Of a DNA stretch of 64,000 bases, positions 1 through 13,991 are shown piece after piece. Positions within the stretch are counted from its first letter, which is position 1; each line of letters starts with the position of its first letter. The notes under the pieces are model-generated. The model was not told the origin of the DNA and made no database searches. It saw nothing but the letters and a program-made list of their open reading frames with translations. The translations under genes and the position numbers were made by a program. The stretch lies in the NCBI RefSeq assembly GCF_009914755.1, contig NC_060926.1. One strand, 5' to 3'. Source of the DNA: the human T2T-CHM13v2.0 reference genome, Homo sapiens.

Positions 1-566
1 AAAGTATTTATCCATTTCTGGTTTTGTAGCAAAGGCATTATTATACTTCTATAACTTGTCTTACAGAGTCAGATAGAATCAAGCAAAGTTGGCAGAGCCT
101 AGGCATCTACCTAAAAGAAATGCTCTCTCCCATTTCCATGAATACTTTAACTCCTGAGTTCCAGTGGCACTATTTCTGGAGTCCTTTCCAAGGCACATAA
201 TCCTAAAGCAGGTGTCACTTGTTACTCTCTTTCAAAGCGTCTTGCTCTTTTTCTTCACAGTACTTTTCAAAATATTTAATATACATTTATTTCCTGTAAA
301 AGTTGCCTACCTCACTGGACTTTAAGATCTATGAGGTTATCCCATGTCTGTTTTATTTTCTACCTTATTGCCCCTGCTCCCCAGGCACAGAGCAATATGT
401 ACCTGATGTGTATTTGGCTCTCAATACACATTTGTCATATTTGTGTGTGTGCTTGTTCAACTTCTCTCGCTCTGTGTGCAGGTGTGTACTTTCTTGTCAT
501 TTCAGGACACTTAGGAATTTCCTTATTTTGCCACAAGTTCAGCTGCGCATTAAAACTGTTTCATAA

Positions 567-868
<302 letters not shown>

Positions 869-920
869 TTAACATGTTTAGGTGTTTTGTATCAGAAGAC
901 ATTTTTCTGGTCCTCTATTT

Positions 921-1001
921 CAGGAGTTGGCAAACTTCTGTAAAGGGCCAGATAATATTCTCAGCTTTGCGGGCCATGTGATTTATGTCCCAACTACTCA
1001 A
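921..1001. mobile_element. MER58-like hAT-Charlie DNA transposon fragment
   Basis: caggagttggcaaacttctgtaaagggccagataa...gctttgcgggccat...caactactcaa resembles the recalled MER58 end. Confidence 0.7.
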
Positions 1002-1169
1002 ATAATTCACATTTCCTATCCTCATCAGCATCACTTGAGTTCTAATTTTTTATTATTATTTAAGTAGTAGGAAATCTTCCAGCTGTCAAGATACAAAAGA
1101 CCTTCAATGGGAGTGTCAGACTCTAAAAGATAAAGTTCAAACTGCCTCCCATATTTGAGTATGAATTTA

Positions 1170-1400
1170 AAGCTAATATTTGCTGAGCGCTTACTGTGGT
1201 TCAGGCACTATTCTAAGTGCCTTTCCTGTGTTAACCCCTTTACATCTCACAACGGTATGAAAGACAATGACCATTATAATCTCCACTTGGAAACTGAGGC
1301 TCAGTTACATAAAGTTACACCACCCACTGGTGGATAAAGGACACCAACTCAGGTCTCTCTGACTCCAGAAACCATGCTCCACTCAGAATGCTAACCCCCT
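1170..1400 (-). mobile_element. MIR SINE
   Basis: tgagcgcttactgtggttcaggcactattctaagtgc ... gaaactgaggctcag is the MIR core in reverse. Confidence 0.75.
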
Positions 1401-1499
1401 AACACCCAGTCTTCTATCTCTTGATGAGTTCTGAATTATCACGCAGGTATTCGCCCTTCTCCAGTAGCCACCTTGCCTCAGAAACACATAATCTCACCC

Positions 1500-1990
1500 C
1501 AGCTTCAGAGAAAAGCTGATTGATCTCCATGCGCTCTTACACTCTAGACAGTGATTGGCTTACATCTGAGGTTTCTCAACAAACTAGTACATGGCATAAT
1601 CTCAGGCCACAGGGGCTGGCCAGAAATGGACAGGTAACCTTAACTAGGCTGATGCGATGGGAGGAAAATTTGCTGAGGGTTTTTAGAAAACAAGTTTCAT
1701 CAATCTTGGGAGAAAATCTTGGAGAGGGCCAGCCTCTCTTCATCCAGTCATTACCATGTATGTGTGTAAAGCTTGAAGCTACAGCAAACATCTTATTCAT
1801 CATGAAGATAAAACCAGAACAAAGTGGCAGAGTTGAGACTCACAAAGACCAAGGCAGCCAGAGCTCTAGTTGAATCACAGCTGCTCACCACTCTAGTGCT
1901 GGATTTTTTCCATTGTACATCAATACACCACATTTGTGTTTTAAACCAGTTTCAACTGGGTTTTCATTCAATGGAGTGTAACCTGACTGC
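1500..1990. mobile_element. Degenerate MLT1-type MaLR LTR
   Basis: gtgattggct, gaagctacagcaaacatctt and ttttaaaccagtttcaactgggttttc motifs typical of old MLT1 LTRs; boundaries approximate. Confidence 0.45.
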
Positions 1991-2352
1991 AGTTATTTGA
2001 AATCTTTCAAGATCTGGCCTCAGCATACGTTTCTAGTCCTTGTTTTACTTGTCTAGGGCCAAATAAATTACCCAGAGTTTCCCAAACACACCACACCATT
2101 CACGGATTCTTTCTGCCTTCATTGTCCTTTGCTCTCCTCTCCCTGGAGAATTCATGTTGGGTTGCAATTATGTTTTAAATGTCTGTCTCCACCACTTGAT
2201 TTGGCTACATCATTTTTGTCTTTACACTCTTTGCACTTCTCATGCACTTAAGACATAATAAGCGCTCCAATAAGTGTCTATAAGATTAATAAAAAAGATG
2301 GGCAACATGGAAATCTGAATCATAATATAAACTTTCTCTACAAGATACTTGC

Positions 2353-2615
2353 CCTGGCGCACTGGCTCATGCCTGTAATCCCAGCACTTTGGGAGGCCAA
2401 GGCTGTTGGATCATGAGGTCAGGAGTTCAAGACCAGCCTGGCCAAGATGGTGAAACCCTGTCTGTAACAAAAATAAAAAAATTAGCGAGATGTGGTGGTG
2501 GGCACCTATAATCCCAGCTACTTGGAAGGCTGAGGCAGAAAATTGCTTGAACCTTGGAGACAGAGGTTGCAATGAGCTGAGATTGCACCACTGCACTCCA
2601 GTTAAAAAAAAAAAA
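2353..2615 (+). mobile_element. AluS element
   Basis: ggctcatgcctgtaatcccagcactttgggaggcc ... ctgcactccag followed by an A tail. Confidence 0.93.
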
Positions 2616-2624
2616 CACCATTTA

Positions 2625-2832
2625 GATCAAAGCTGTCTGGTTAAATATTCTGTGATAATGGAAATATTCTATACCTGCCCTGTCCAATAAAGTAGCCACT
2701 AGGCAAGTGTGTCTATTGAGCATTTGAAATGTAGCTAGTATGATGCAAGAAATGAATTTTAAATTTCGTTTAATTATAACTGATTAAAAGTTAAGTAGCT
2801 AGCAGCTACTATACTGAATACCACAGATGTAG
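2625..2832. mobile_element. MER3-like hAT-Charlie DNA transposon
   Basis: tgtccaataaagtagccactaggcaagtgtgtctattgagcatttgaaatgtagctagt matches the recalled MER3 core. Confidence 0.7.
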
Positions 2833-3139
2833 ACAACAAATTTTAATAATTTTCCACACATGGGAATGAGTCACCTAAAATGATTTTAGATACCAAGCTA
2901 AATAAAAACATCTGGAGATGGTACTATTTTGACTCTAATAATTTTTTTGTTGAAAACAGTATCTACATATTATATATACACACATACATATACACACATA
3001 TACATATAAATATACACATACATATACATATAATCTAGAAATTTCTTTCCTTTCAAAGATACTTCATACCTATAACTTAAAAAATATAATTTTATCTGTC
3101 TTTATTTTGAATTTTCAATCATTTCAAAGTTAATATGAG

Positions 3140-3935
3140 CAATAATATCATTAAAAAGTGGGCAAAGGATATGAACAGACACTTCTCAGAAGAAGTTGGC
3201 CAACAAACATATGAAAGAAAGCTCAACATTACTTATCATCAGATAAATGCAAATCAAAACCACAATGAGAGACCATCTCATGCCAGTCAGAATGGTGATT
3301 ATTTAAAAGAGTCAGGATACAATACATGCTGGCGAGGCTGTGGAGAAATAGGAATGCTTTTACACTGTTGGTGAGGATATACATTAGTTTAATCATTGTG
3401 GAAGACAGCATGGTGATTCCCCAAGTATCTAAAACCAGAAATACCATTTGACCCTGCAATCCCATTACTCGGTATATACCCAAAGGAATATAAATCATTC
3501 TACTTATTGCAGCAAAATTTACAATAGCAAAGACTGGAACCAACCCAAGTGCCCATCAATGATAGACTGGATAAAGAAAATGTATTACATATACAGCATG
3601 GAATGCTATGCAGCCATGAAAAATGAATGACAGCATGTCCTTTGCAGGGACATGGATGAAACTGGAAGCCATCATCCTCAGCAAACTAACACAAGAACAG
3701 AAAACCAGACACTGCATGTTCTCATTCAGGGGGGTTGAACATTGAGAACACATGGACACAGAGAGGGGAACAACATAAACCATGGTCTGTTGGGGGATGG
3801 GGTGAGGGGAGGGAACTTAGAGGACGGGTCAATAGGTGCAGCAAACCACCATGGCACACTTATACCTATACAACAGACCTGCACATTCTGTACATGTATC
3901 CTCTTTTTAGAAGCAGCAATAAAGAAAAATAAATG
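3140..3935 (+). mobile_element. L1PA (older primate) 3' end, 5'-truncated
   Basis: ORF2 C-terminal remnants (IKKWAKDMNRHFS; WNQPKCPSMIDWIKKM), L1 3'UTR and A-rich tail. Confidence 0.92.
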
Positions 3936-4129
3936 ACCGCTTCGTTTCAGGAGGTAGAGTTTTCCTCTTAAAGTTTTTCAGATTTTTATCTCAAGGCTTT
4001 GGCTTTTTATGCATCTCACTACGTGTAATTTGCAGTTAATACATCAATGCCTTATGCTCTTCTTCTCTCCTTAAAACAGTACATCTTTTTGCTTAACTAA
4101 AGTGGTGACTCTCTTTTTTTTTTTTTTTT

Positions 4130-5140
4130 TTGGTCAGTTCCTATTGCATTTTTCCGCATTTCGCACTCAGGTATTATAACCTGACACTGAGAATGTTAGT
4201 CTCAAAAAAAACTGGAAAAACGTTTTTCCAGTATAGATTAATTCTGTACTCTTGGCTTTTTCTGATGTATCCAAATTGTTCTATGTAACCAGGAAACTTC
4301 ACATGCTCTTACTTTTTCTAAAAGCCATCCATTCCCCCTGGTGGAGGTACTACTTGTGTGTGTGTGTGTGTGTGTGTGTGTATTATTATTCTATAATATG
4401 GTTTACTTATAACCTTAGACACACACTCTTCCGGCATCTAATTGAATTAAAGTAGTTTTTCATGGGGTTTAATTTCCAGCTTACTCAAAAGGGCATATAC
4501 CAAGAGAAATGGTCATACTACAAAAGGTTTTTTCTCTCTCTCTCTAAGTATTCTACCTAACAAGCAGATATTTTATGTTTTAAGATAGCTTCTTGTGGTT
4601 TGGGCTGTCTTCATTCGGGTTTTGAGCAGCTGAAAAAACTAAGTCATCTCTAATACAGGTCTAAGTATTTTTTTTTGTCTTGACTATGTAACTTTTGAAT
4701 TTGTTTTTGAAGTCTTTCCATTATTACTCTGGTTAAATAAGTGACCATTATCTCTCAAGAATATGTAATTCCACTTTAATTAAATATTTTTAGGCTTTTT
4801 GCATCCAAACAAATGACAAACTTCCCCAGAATCAAATTCAAGTTTAAGTCTTTTTCACCTAAAATTGACTAAGGGATTTTCTAGTTGGGCTCCTGGGAAG
4901 TCTCAAAAGATTTGTCTCCCATTAGGCTTGTTTGACCAGCTCCCAAAATCTTCTCTAGTGTCCGTGAGCTTTCTTTCAAAACAATATGTAGCATTTCCCT
5001 TGCTAGTAAACCCCCAATCTTCTCTTTGTCCTTCACACATATAGAAGACCACCATGGTTTTCAGTTTTGTTCAGAACTACAATTCTGTGATTCCCAAATA
5101 AATTGTATACTTTAGAGATCCATCTTTATTTTGACTTCAA
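4130..5140. mobile_element. Probable ERV1 (MER4-group) internal/LTR remnants, containing a (GT)n tract at 4356-4380
   Basis: LTR-like 3' end (gaactacaattctgtgattcccaaataaa...ttttgacttcaa); the family is not certain. Confidence 0.3.
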
Positions 5141-7576
5141 TAGTGGTGATAAATTCATACAATATTCAAGAATATGTTTTATAACAATACTGTCAATTTA
5201 GAAATGCATTTTACTGTGATATAAAATCCTTAACTATTCTACTCCACTGACATTTTGTATGATTTTCTTACTAATTTACAAGCACTTAAAAATTCTTTAT
5301 TTACATAAGGTTTATATTAGATATAATTTTGTGAGGAAAATAAAAGGTCGGTTTTCTATTTGCATTGTGCTAATTCAGACTGCACTTGGTTTTTCATGCA
5401 CACTGGTATAAGCTAAAGTTTAGACAAATTATTGTAAAAACTGATACACATATAGACCATTATAGTGTTATTTTTAAAAGTACAAGAAACTACTTTAAAA
5501 GATCACAAGGAGATTACAGCAAATGAATCTTTATATTCATTACCTCAATGAAATATAATTTAACACTAGTTTCAATGTCTTTTTTTCCAAAAGACTAATT
5601 TTCAAGTGAAAGCCTTAGATCTTTGAAAGTAATAAAATTAAAGATAGAAAAGATACATAATTCATTTCAGCAGTTTTCTGAGAAATACCACATCTTCCAA
5701 AATATATGTGTTCTTATAAGAAATGGACTCTCTTTAGGCAATTAGAATATCAGTCTTCTACAACAGGCCAATTTTCAAAGCACTAGGCCTAAGTTCACTC
5801 AACCAGTCTCATGAAGCAAAAACTGAATTAAGATATTCCATTTATTTTAGTGCACATATTTATCAAGCAAAGAAACTATGGAACAAAGACTCTTTCTTGC
5901 TGAAGTTGTTGGGATTTCCATGGTGCTTAATGCGTGTTTTTTTAAATTGTGAGATCAAAGTTTGAACACAAATCTTGAGCCATTGTATATGTTACCTGGG
6001 TAAAAACATTAAACTTGATCTTTTCAAATATCTAATGGAATCCCAGGCACAGTGATTAAAATATGAAGTTAAATATTTAAGAGAAAATTAATCACTAATA
6101 ATGAAATGAGTTGATTTTCTAAGAAAAGCAAGTATGTAATTAAGCAGACACTCTCAAAACCATTACAACATTCAAAAGCAATCAACATTACAAGTCTTAG
6201 GTTGTGTTTTAAATTCCTCATAACCTAAACATATACATTCATTAATTATTCACTTGCCATGATCAACAATGAAAGATGAGTTAGAAAAACCAGAGGCTTT
6301 AATTCAAAAATTACAATCTTTGGTATTGCAGCAAGGAAATAACTTGCTGGTGAAATTAATGACTCCACCTGGCTTTATCTTGGCAATGTTCTGAAATACA
6401 TGCAATGAACAACTTGACATTGTTTGATGTTCTTAATTCTTTACAGCCATCTCTATGGGTGGTCATAATAGATAAGATCAATCAGAAATGATCATATTAT
6501 GAAACATAAATCACTTCACATGACTTATCTGGAAAATGTGCTGGTACTTACTTGCACCATCATCTCAAGTTCCAAGAGCCAAAAACATATACATGCTCAA
6601 GGAGGAGAATTTCCTTTCTGATTTTAGAACAGTCTGAAAGGGGGTGAAAAAATGAAAAAGGGGGAGCTTACAAATAACAAAAATTATATCCCAAGTGAAA
6701 ATTAGAATGTCTATGGAACTAGTAGCAGTAACAACAGTAGACGAAAGATAGGCTGTAGATGTGAAGAAGATGTCTACAAGGGAAGCACAAGACTCCAAAT
6801 GCTCTTGCTACTAAAACGCAGATTCAAGCTTTACCATCTGTAATACTCTGCTGCCAAGTGCATCTATGGCCACTGGTACTGTCTAAAATGAGGACGTATA
6901 TTATTAAATCATCAAAAAGGACTGCATAGCAGAAACTTTTCTGATATCAAGGGATCAACTTAACTACAATTATATACAGGTGCCAATTTCCTCTGGAGTA
7001 AACTACCACACGGGGCCTCATGTACCAGTTAGATAATCCAAGTCAGCCTTTATTGCATAACCTATCTAAAAGATTGGACTCTACATTCTGGCTCTGCAGA
7101 ACTGAGAGAAGAAATGTATAAAAAGGATAGTGATATTGCCTTTGTCTATGGGAATTCTTGAGTCTAATAAAAAAATCTGGGAAAAACCTAACTTCATGAT
7201 TACACTTGGGCACATAGGTGATTAATACGAATGAAGTAACAACCATAAATACAATCGTAAACGCAAGAACAACAGTAATTCAATTTTTCTCACTTCATAG
7301 GTGTTCTTATGGTATCTTGTAGGTGCTCTCCGCAAGCCTCAGGTGTTCTTCCATAATCTCAGTTGATGGAAACGCAAACACCACACTCTCCTCTGTTCAA
7401 TGTCTGCCATCACTGTCTTTTTGGCCTCTGACTCTTCCCTATACTACTTTCTATGCACTTGAGATCTTCACTGACATAGCTGGGCTCTGTATTTATTGAT
7501 AAGAGTATCTCTTTTCTCTTAGACTAGGCATGACCAAAAGGTTAATCTGGCTTCAAAGATTAATGACAATGACCAC

Positions 7577-8297
7577 TCAGTTTTTATTCAAGATCAATTT
7601 TATTTGTTGTAAAAACAAACAAGCGTTATGTTCCAGACAGATATAAGTGAGTAGACTTATGCCCTGGTGCCTCCTTGGCTCTTCACAGGATGCAAAAACA
7701 AATCTCGCCAGCAGGAGGTGGCAGGCTGCAGAGGTGGCTGGTTGCTCTTTGAGCCATCTTGGCCTTGCCTGGCATGCACAGGCCCCAGCACAGCAAAACA
7801 TTCAGGGAGTAAGAGTGTTGCACAAAGGATTTTACCAACCTCGTCACATTAAGCAGCATTCAAGGATTTGCTGACCACCACTTAAGCAAATTTTGTGTTA
7901 TGCTATAGCAATGAACTTACTTGTTCTATTTCGAAACAAAATATTGGGTTCACACAGAGGCCTGGACAAAGCTTCCCACTTCTGAACTATTTACTGATCT
8001 TCTTATTCTCAAAGAATGCAAGATGAATGATGTGCAATACCATGGCTATGGCATGTGACTTTTCTAGACCTGGATGGTTAGTGTCCCAATATTTAACTGA
8101 TTTTTGGGGGGGTGAAAATATGCCATAAGTTCTTCCTTCTATCATCCCCATCACTACCATACATGTAATGGCATAATCATGTCACAGTGTGTCCTCAGAA
8201 TCACTATTCCTAGCTGAGTATACTAAGGCTTTCTATCTAGGTCAGTTCATTGTGTCTGTGTCTCCTCTAAACCCTCCTTCATCATGCCTACCTCGAA
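7577..8297 (-). other. Putative 3' terminal exon/3'UTR of a minus-strand non-coding transcript, with tandem poly(A) signals
   Basis: Two minus-strand AATAAA at 7599-7604 and 7583-7588; non-repetitive UTR-like sequence; lies downstream of the FAR2 pseudo-exons on the same strand. Transcription is inferred. Confidence 0.45.
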
Positions 8298-9295
8298 GAA
8301 TTCAGCAAGTGATCATTCACGCAAGCTAAAGGATTTTAGCTTTCTCTGCCATAAAGATTATTGCTAAAATACATACCATACAACAAACCAACCCACTTCC
8401 CACAAATCTTACTGACTTCTCACAGAATACATAATGACTTTTATTGTGTCTCTTCCTTCTGTGTTTCTCTTTCCTAACTGAACTTTGTTCTTTATCCATG
8501 CCTTCTTCCAATCCTGACATATTTTAAAACCTTTAGCATTTCTGCCTATAATATTTGGGTTTTCTTCTTTTCCTATCTTTATTTGATAAGTCCCATCAAA
8601 TATTTTCCCCATAATCACAATGTTTTCTTTTCACTTTGCTCAAGAACTGAGTTATGAGCTCCAAATTTGGACAAACTCTACATTGGCTAAGTTTTAGTCA
8701 TTTGCACTGCTAAGAAAGATGACAATTCAGCATGCTGAAGATGATATCCTCCCTTATAAAGGGGCTAACACAGAGGGCAATACTGTTCGTGCTTCTGAGT
8801 CTTGATCACAAGAATTGCTTTAGGCAATTACAATCATGTCTCCTCTGACATATCATATTAGTCAAGTGAGACAGAGAAAGAATATGTCCTATGTCACACA
8901 GCTGGGTGGTGACAGCTGCTTTAGCATCAGCACACTGCGTTCCCTCTGATTTCTTCATTCATCTCAAAGTAGCAGTAAAGCCGGTCCTGAATACTGACTT
9001 TGACACTCAGCTTTCTCCACATCCTTCCTGTCACTGCCTTTGAGACTACTTCAGATTCTTCCCTTAACTTCTATTTCTCCATTTGTAAAATTGGGTTGAT
9101 GAGGGTATCTTCCTTCGGTAGCTGTGACAATAAAAATGGGATCATCATGCATCCTCCTTAGCCCCACGAGTAAGCTCCCAGTAAGTGAGGTTGTCATCAT
9201 TACTGGATATTTAAGATTCTTTACCTATTTGAAAAACCCTAGTGACAGAGTCTCAGTTGCTTTTCTTTTTGCGTGAATGATCACTTGCTGAATTC
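8298..9295. repeat. Perfect 27-bp inverted repeat pair (8298-8324 / 9269-9295)
   Basis: gaattcagcaagtgatcattcacgcaa and its exact reverse complement ttgcgtgaatgatcacttgctgaattc. Confidence 0.95.
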
Positions 9296-9405
9296 ACCAA
9301 GCAGGCGCTTTAACATTTACCTTCCTTTATTATGCTGGAGCATTTTTAATGTAGGAGGCTTCTGTGGCTTCTCACTATGACTGCTTTGTTTGTTCAAAAC
9401 TTATA

Positions 9406-9771
9406 CAGGTTGAGTATCCTTTATCTGAAATGCTTGGGTCAGAAGTGTGTTGGGTTTCAACTGTTTTCAGATTTTGGAATATTTGCTTCAATGCAATGAG
9501 GTATCTTGGGAATGGGAGCCATGTCTAAACACAAAATTCACTTATGCTTCATACACACTTAGCCACATACACATAACCTGAAGGTAATCTTATACAATAT
9601 TTTAAATAATTTTATGCATGAAACAAAGTTTTGAATGTGTTTTGACTGTGACCCATCACATGAGGTAAGATGTGCGGAATTTTCCACTTGTGGCATCATG
9701 TCAGCACTCAAAACTTTTGGATTTTGGAGAATTTCAGATTTTGGATTTTCAGAGTAGGTGTGTTCAATCTG
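9406..9771. mobile_element. Tigger4/MER46-type TcMar-Tigger MITE
   Basis: TA-flanked terminal inverted repeats caggttgagtatcc ... gtgttcaatctg; interior matches the recalled Tigger4b consensus. Confidence 0.85.
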
Positions 9772-9892
9772 TATATATGGGTCAGATTCAGTTGTCTCCT
9801 TTAATCTTTGGCTGAAGGAAGCCCTAAAGACTTTGGGGCCTCAATCTCCCATATGCAGTGACATTCTCAAAGCCATTGACTCAGCTTCTCAC

Positions 9893-10067
9893 CTGGGTTT
9901 CCTTCCAGTGAGCCACAGATAGAAGTCATAGATGATGGCAGGGGCCTGCTGGCTGATGGCATTCCAGTACTGGGTTCTGAAGTTGCTGGTGGTGAAATCA
10001 GCATATGGCCTCGTCAAAGCTCTCTCAAATGGAATTGGAATTTCAAAGGTTGCCAAGACCTGGAAAC
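9893..10067 (-). pseudogene. FAR2P1: FAR2 (fatty acyl-CoA reductase 2) unprocessed pseudogene, exon-9 equivalent
   Basis: Translates GFQVLATFEIPIPFERALTRPYADFTTSNFRTQYWNAISQQAPAIIYDFYLWLTGRKP, between ag and gt sites; FAR2-like. Paralog number is inferred from the POTEF assignment. Confidence 0.85.
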
Positions 10068-10989
10068 CTGGGGGAAAAAAGAGAGTAAGTGCTAGAGGAG
10101 AATAGGAGAATATAAGCCCATCATAGTGGAAGGTATTTATAATGGGTCACAGCAATAAAGACGAAGGATTTGCTGTGTAGAGTCAAGAATCAATTTCTGA
10201 GAACAACGTAAAGATTTTTATGCTAGGCAAGTGGTTATCTGCAAAATGAGACAATGTGAATGGGTTAAGAATTGGACCCTTTATTTGAAACATCTACTCT
10301 AAAACAAATTCTTGGGGAAACATGTAGTCAATAAAAGGGGGTACTGTTCAGAAAAACATAAATCCACATTTAATTCTAAGGTTATCTAGTCTATTCTGAA
10401 AGCCCCAAGAAAGAGGCTAGAAACTTTATTTCCCTGGCTGGACCATTACTGTCAGAACCATTTAGAAAGTTTCTTAATATTTTATTTGAATCTTTATTAA
10501 AAGTTTAACTTAAAAATTCTAAAGGCAAGATTTTCTTGTGTTAGCTTACTTTAAATATTTCTCTGGGAATATGTAAGACTCAACTGTCCACTCTGGTATC
10601 CAGGGTTTTATCCATAGTAGTGTTTTTATATTAATACTTAGATTAAGCTGAACTAAGAACTGTTTACATACATTTGTGAATTCAGCAGTTCTTTCGAAAA
10701 GATACTCATTTGAATTCAATTTTATTTAAGGTATGTAGGTTTTTGCAAAGCATATGCCTAAGCTCATTATTCAATTATGATGTCAGTTATTATAGTAATA
10801 CGATTATTGCCCTACTTAAAAAAACTGGCATTTTTTTAAAATCTAAAAATCTATCTGAAAAATATAACTCCTCTTCAGAGAAGATTCTCAAGAATCATCT
10901 GGTCCATAGGGATTTATACTTTAAAAAGATGGTGGTAAATAAGAAAGTTATGTACAGGTTGATAGCATAAGAGATTCTGATCTCAACAC

Positions 10990-11990
10990 TGATGTTCTGA
11001 TCTATATATCCATATACTTATTCAACATTTCCACCTGGAGGTGTAAGAGACATTCACATTTAACAGCTCTAAAATGGGCCTCCTGATACACCCACTGCTA
11101 ACCACCCCCCTCCCAATACATACACAAACTTGCTATTTCACCAGTCTTCTACCTCTAACCAAATGCTAATTCAATTTGTTTAGTAGTTCAGCCAAAAACT
11201 TTGGGGTTATCCTTGATTCTTCTCTTTCTTTAACAACCCACACACAATTGAACAAAATCTATCAGCTCTGTTTGAAAAATACCCAGAATCATAATTACCA
11301 CCTGCTATCTCTCTGATCCAAACCACTACTGTAGCCTGGAATGTTGCAATACTGTCCTAAGTGGTCTCTGCCACTACCCCTGTAACCCTAGTCGGACCTC
11401 CATGTAGCAGCCAGAGGGATTCTTGTAAAATGTAACTCAGAGTGTATTACAGGAACGTCCCCATTCAGAGCCCTTCAGCGGAATCTCTTCTCATTTAGAG
11501 GCAAAGCCATGGTCTGCAAGGGCTTGCACTCTCTGCATCCTCACTCTCTCTGCCCACCACTCTGACTTCACCCCTTACCGCTCTCCCTCTCGGTGCTTCT
11601 GCTGCAGCCATACTGGCCTCCTTGCTGTCCTTGAATATGATTAAAGAACTTCAGCACTTGCTATTTCTTCAACTTGGAATATTTCATCCATGTGTCCCTC
11701 TGATTTGCCCTCTCACTTCTTTCAGGTCTCTACTAAGATGACACCTTATCAGAGAGACTTTCTTTGGCCATCACATATTAAATAGCAGCCTTCCCACAAT
11801 ACTGTTTACTTCTTTAATCTGTTTTATTTTTCTGCAATCACTCAACCATATCTGATGTATATTTCTCCTTTCTAAGATTTAAGTATCATAACAAAATTTT
11901 GTCTGTTTTGTTTGAACCTATACAGTACCTTGAAAAGTGGCTGAAGGTAATCAGTGCCTAATAAACATTTTTTGACTAAACGAATCAATA
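10990..11990 (+). mobile_element. L2 LINE 3' portion
   Basis: L2 motifs (ggggttatccttgattcttctct; ggcctccttgctgtccttgaa; tgcctaataaacatttttgactaaacgaat tail). Confidence 0.75.
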
Positions 11991-12049
11991 GATATCTCAG
12001 CAACATACACTTACTTTCCTTTTCCTAAATCTGTATCAATCCTTCCTTT

Positions 12050-12480
12050 AGTCATTTCAAATATATTTATTTAGCATTTAACACTTGCCAGGCACTGTGG
12101 TAGATGCTGAGGTAAAAAAAATTACATATGATATATTCTTTGTCTTTAAAGAACTGGCAGTCTGGTGGGAGATGTGGACAATTCATGATTACAATATTTT
12201 GCCTGAGTATTCTGCTAGAGGCCAGTACAATATGCTCTGGAGGAATACAAAAGAAGCATCTAGCTCTGTCTGGGTGCCAGGAAGGGGAGGGGTGGGGCTA
12301 GGTTTGGAAAGGCTTTCTGAGAAAGCTGTCCATATGGTAATAGCAAGCATTTACTAAAATGTTCACTGTTCTAACCACTGTACTAAGCACTTTATCTCAC
12401 TACGTTCTCCCAAGAGCTCCCTAGAATAGAATAATTATTATTCTCACTGACAGATAAAAAAATTCATCTACAGGGAGAAA
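12050..12480 (-). mobile_element. L2 3' end plus MIR fragment (antisense)
   Basis: caaatatatttatttagcatttaacacttgccaggcactgtggtagatgctg (L2 tail in reverse), then a MIR-like agcatttact...actgtactaagcacttta. Confidence 0.55.
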
Positions 12481-12951
12481 CTGAGAGACTTTTTCCAACT
12501 GATACAATAAGAGTGGAGTCTACTAAATGGTGGGACGCATATCAGCATATAACATCTATGTGAGCATGGATTTCTGTTTAGTGATATATCCTCAGCACCA
12601 AGAATAATGTCTATTTAATAAATACAGGAGTGAGTGAATGAGCTATGATTTGAATCCAAGTCTATTAGATCTCAAAGCCCAAGACTTTTAACCATTAAGC
12701 TAATGTCTGTCTGATGTGAGGGACAAGGAGAAACTCATGCACATGTAGAAAATGTAATTTGGCAATTGGAAACTGCACTCTACATCCTCATAGGTCAAAG
12801 AAGAAATTCAAATGAAAAATGTTGAAGGATTAGAGAGTAATGATAACATAAACATTATACAACAAAATGTGTGGGATACAGCCAAAGTGGCACTTGAGGG
12901 AAATATGAAGCCATAAATGATGTATTAGACAAGCCAAATATTCATGGGCTA

Positions 12952-13400
<449 letters not shown>

Positions 13401-13991
13401 CAATAAAGCCTGAAGAAGTTGGTTCTTTCAAAAAAAGAAATAAAATAAACCCTTTGGAGACTAGCTGAGAAGAAAAGAGAAGACACACAAATATTATGAA
13501 TTAAAAAAGAAGCATAATTACAGATACAGTTTAGGACAAAAATATTAATATAAAAAAGAATGTAAATACATTTTAGAACAAACAAAATCTTAGAAAAAGA
13601 GACAAATATAATTTACTAAAACTGATTCCAACAGAAAATGAAGCCTGCAAAATTCTTTAACTATTAAAGACACTGAAGCAATAAAAAATCTTCTCACAAA
13701 AAATTATAAATCAAGATAATTTAAAGGTGCTTTTCCCAAGTTTTCGAGGAATAGATTACTCCACTATTACAAAAGCACTTTCAGATAATAGAAAAACAAG
13801 GGAACTATATGATTAGCAAACTGAATTAAACAAAATATAAAAAAAGATAACATGGTATGACCAAGTTGGGTTTATCCTAAAAATGGCAGGTGAGTTTAAT
13901 ATTTGAAGTCTTCCGCTTAAAATGAGCAGCAAGACAATAATACCTACTATTGCCATTTTTATTCACCATTATAGTAGAAGTTCAACAAGAA

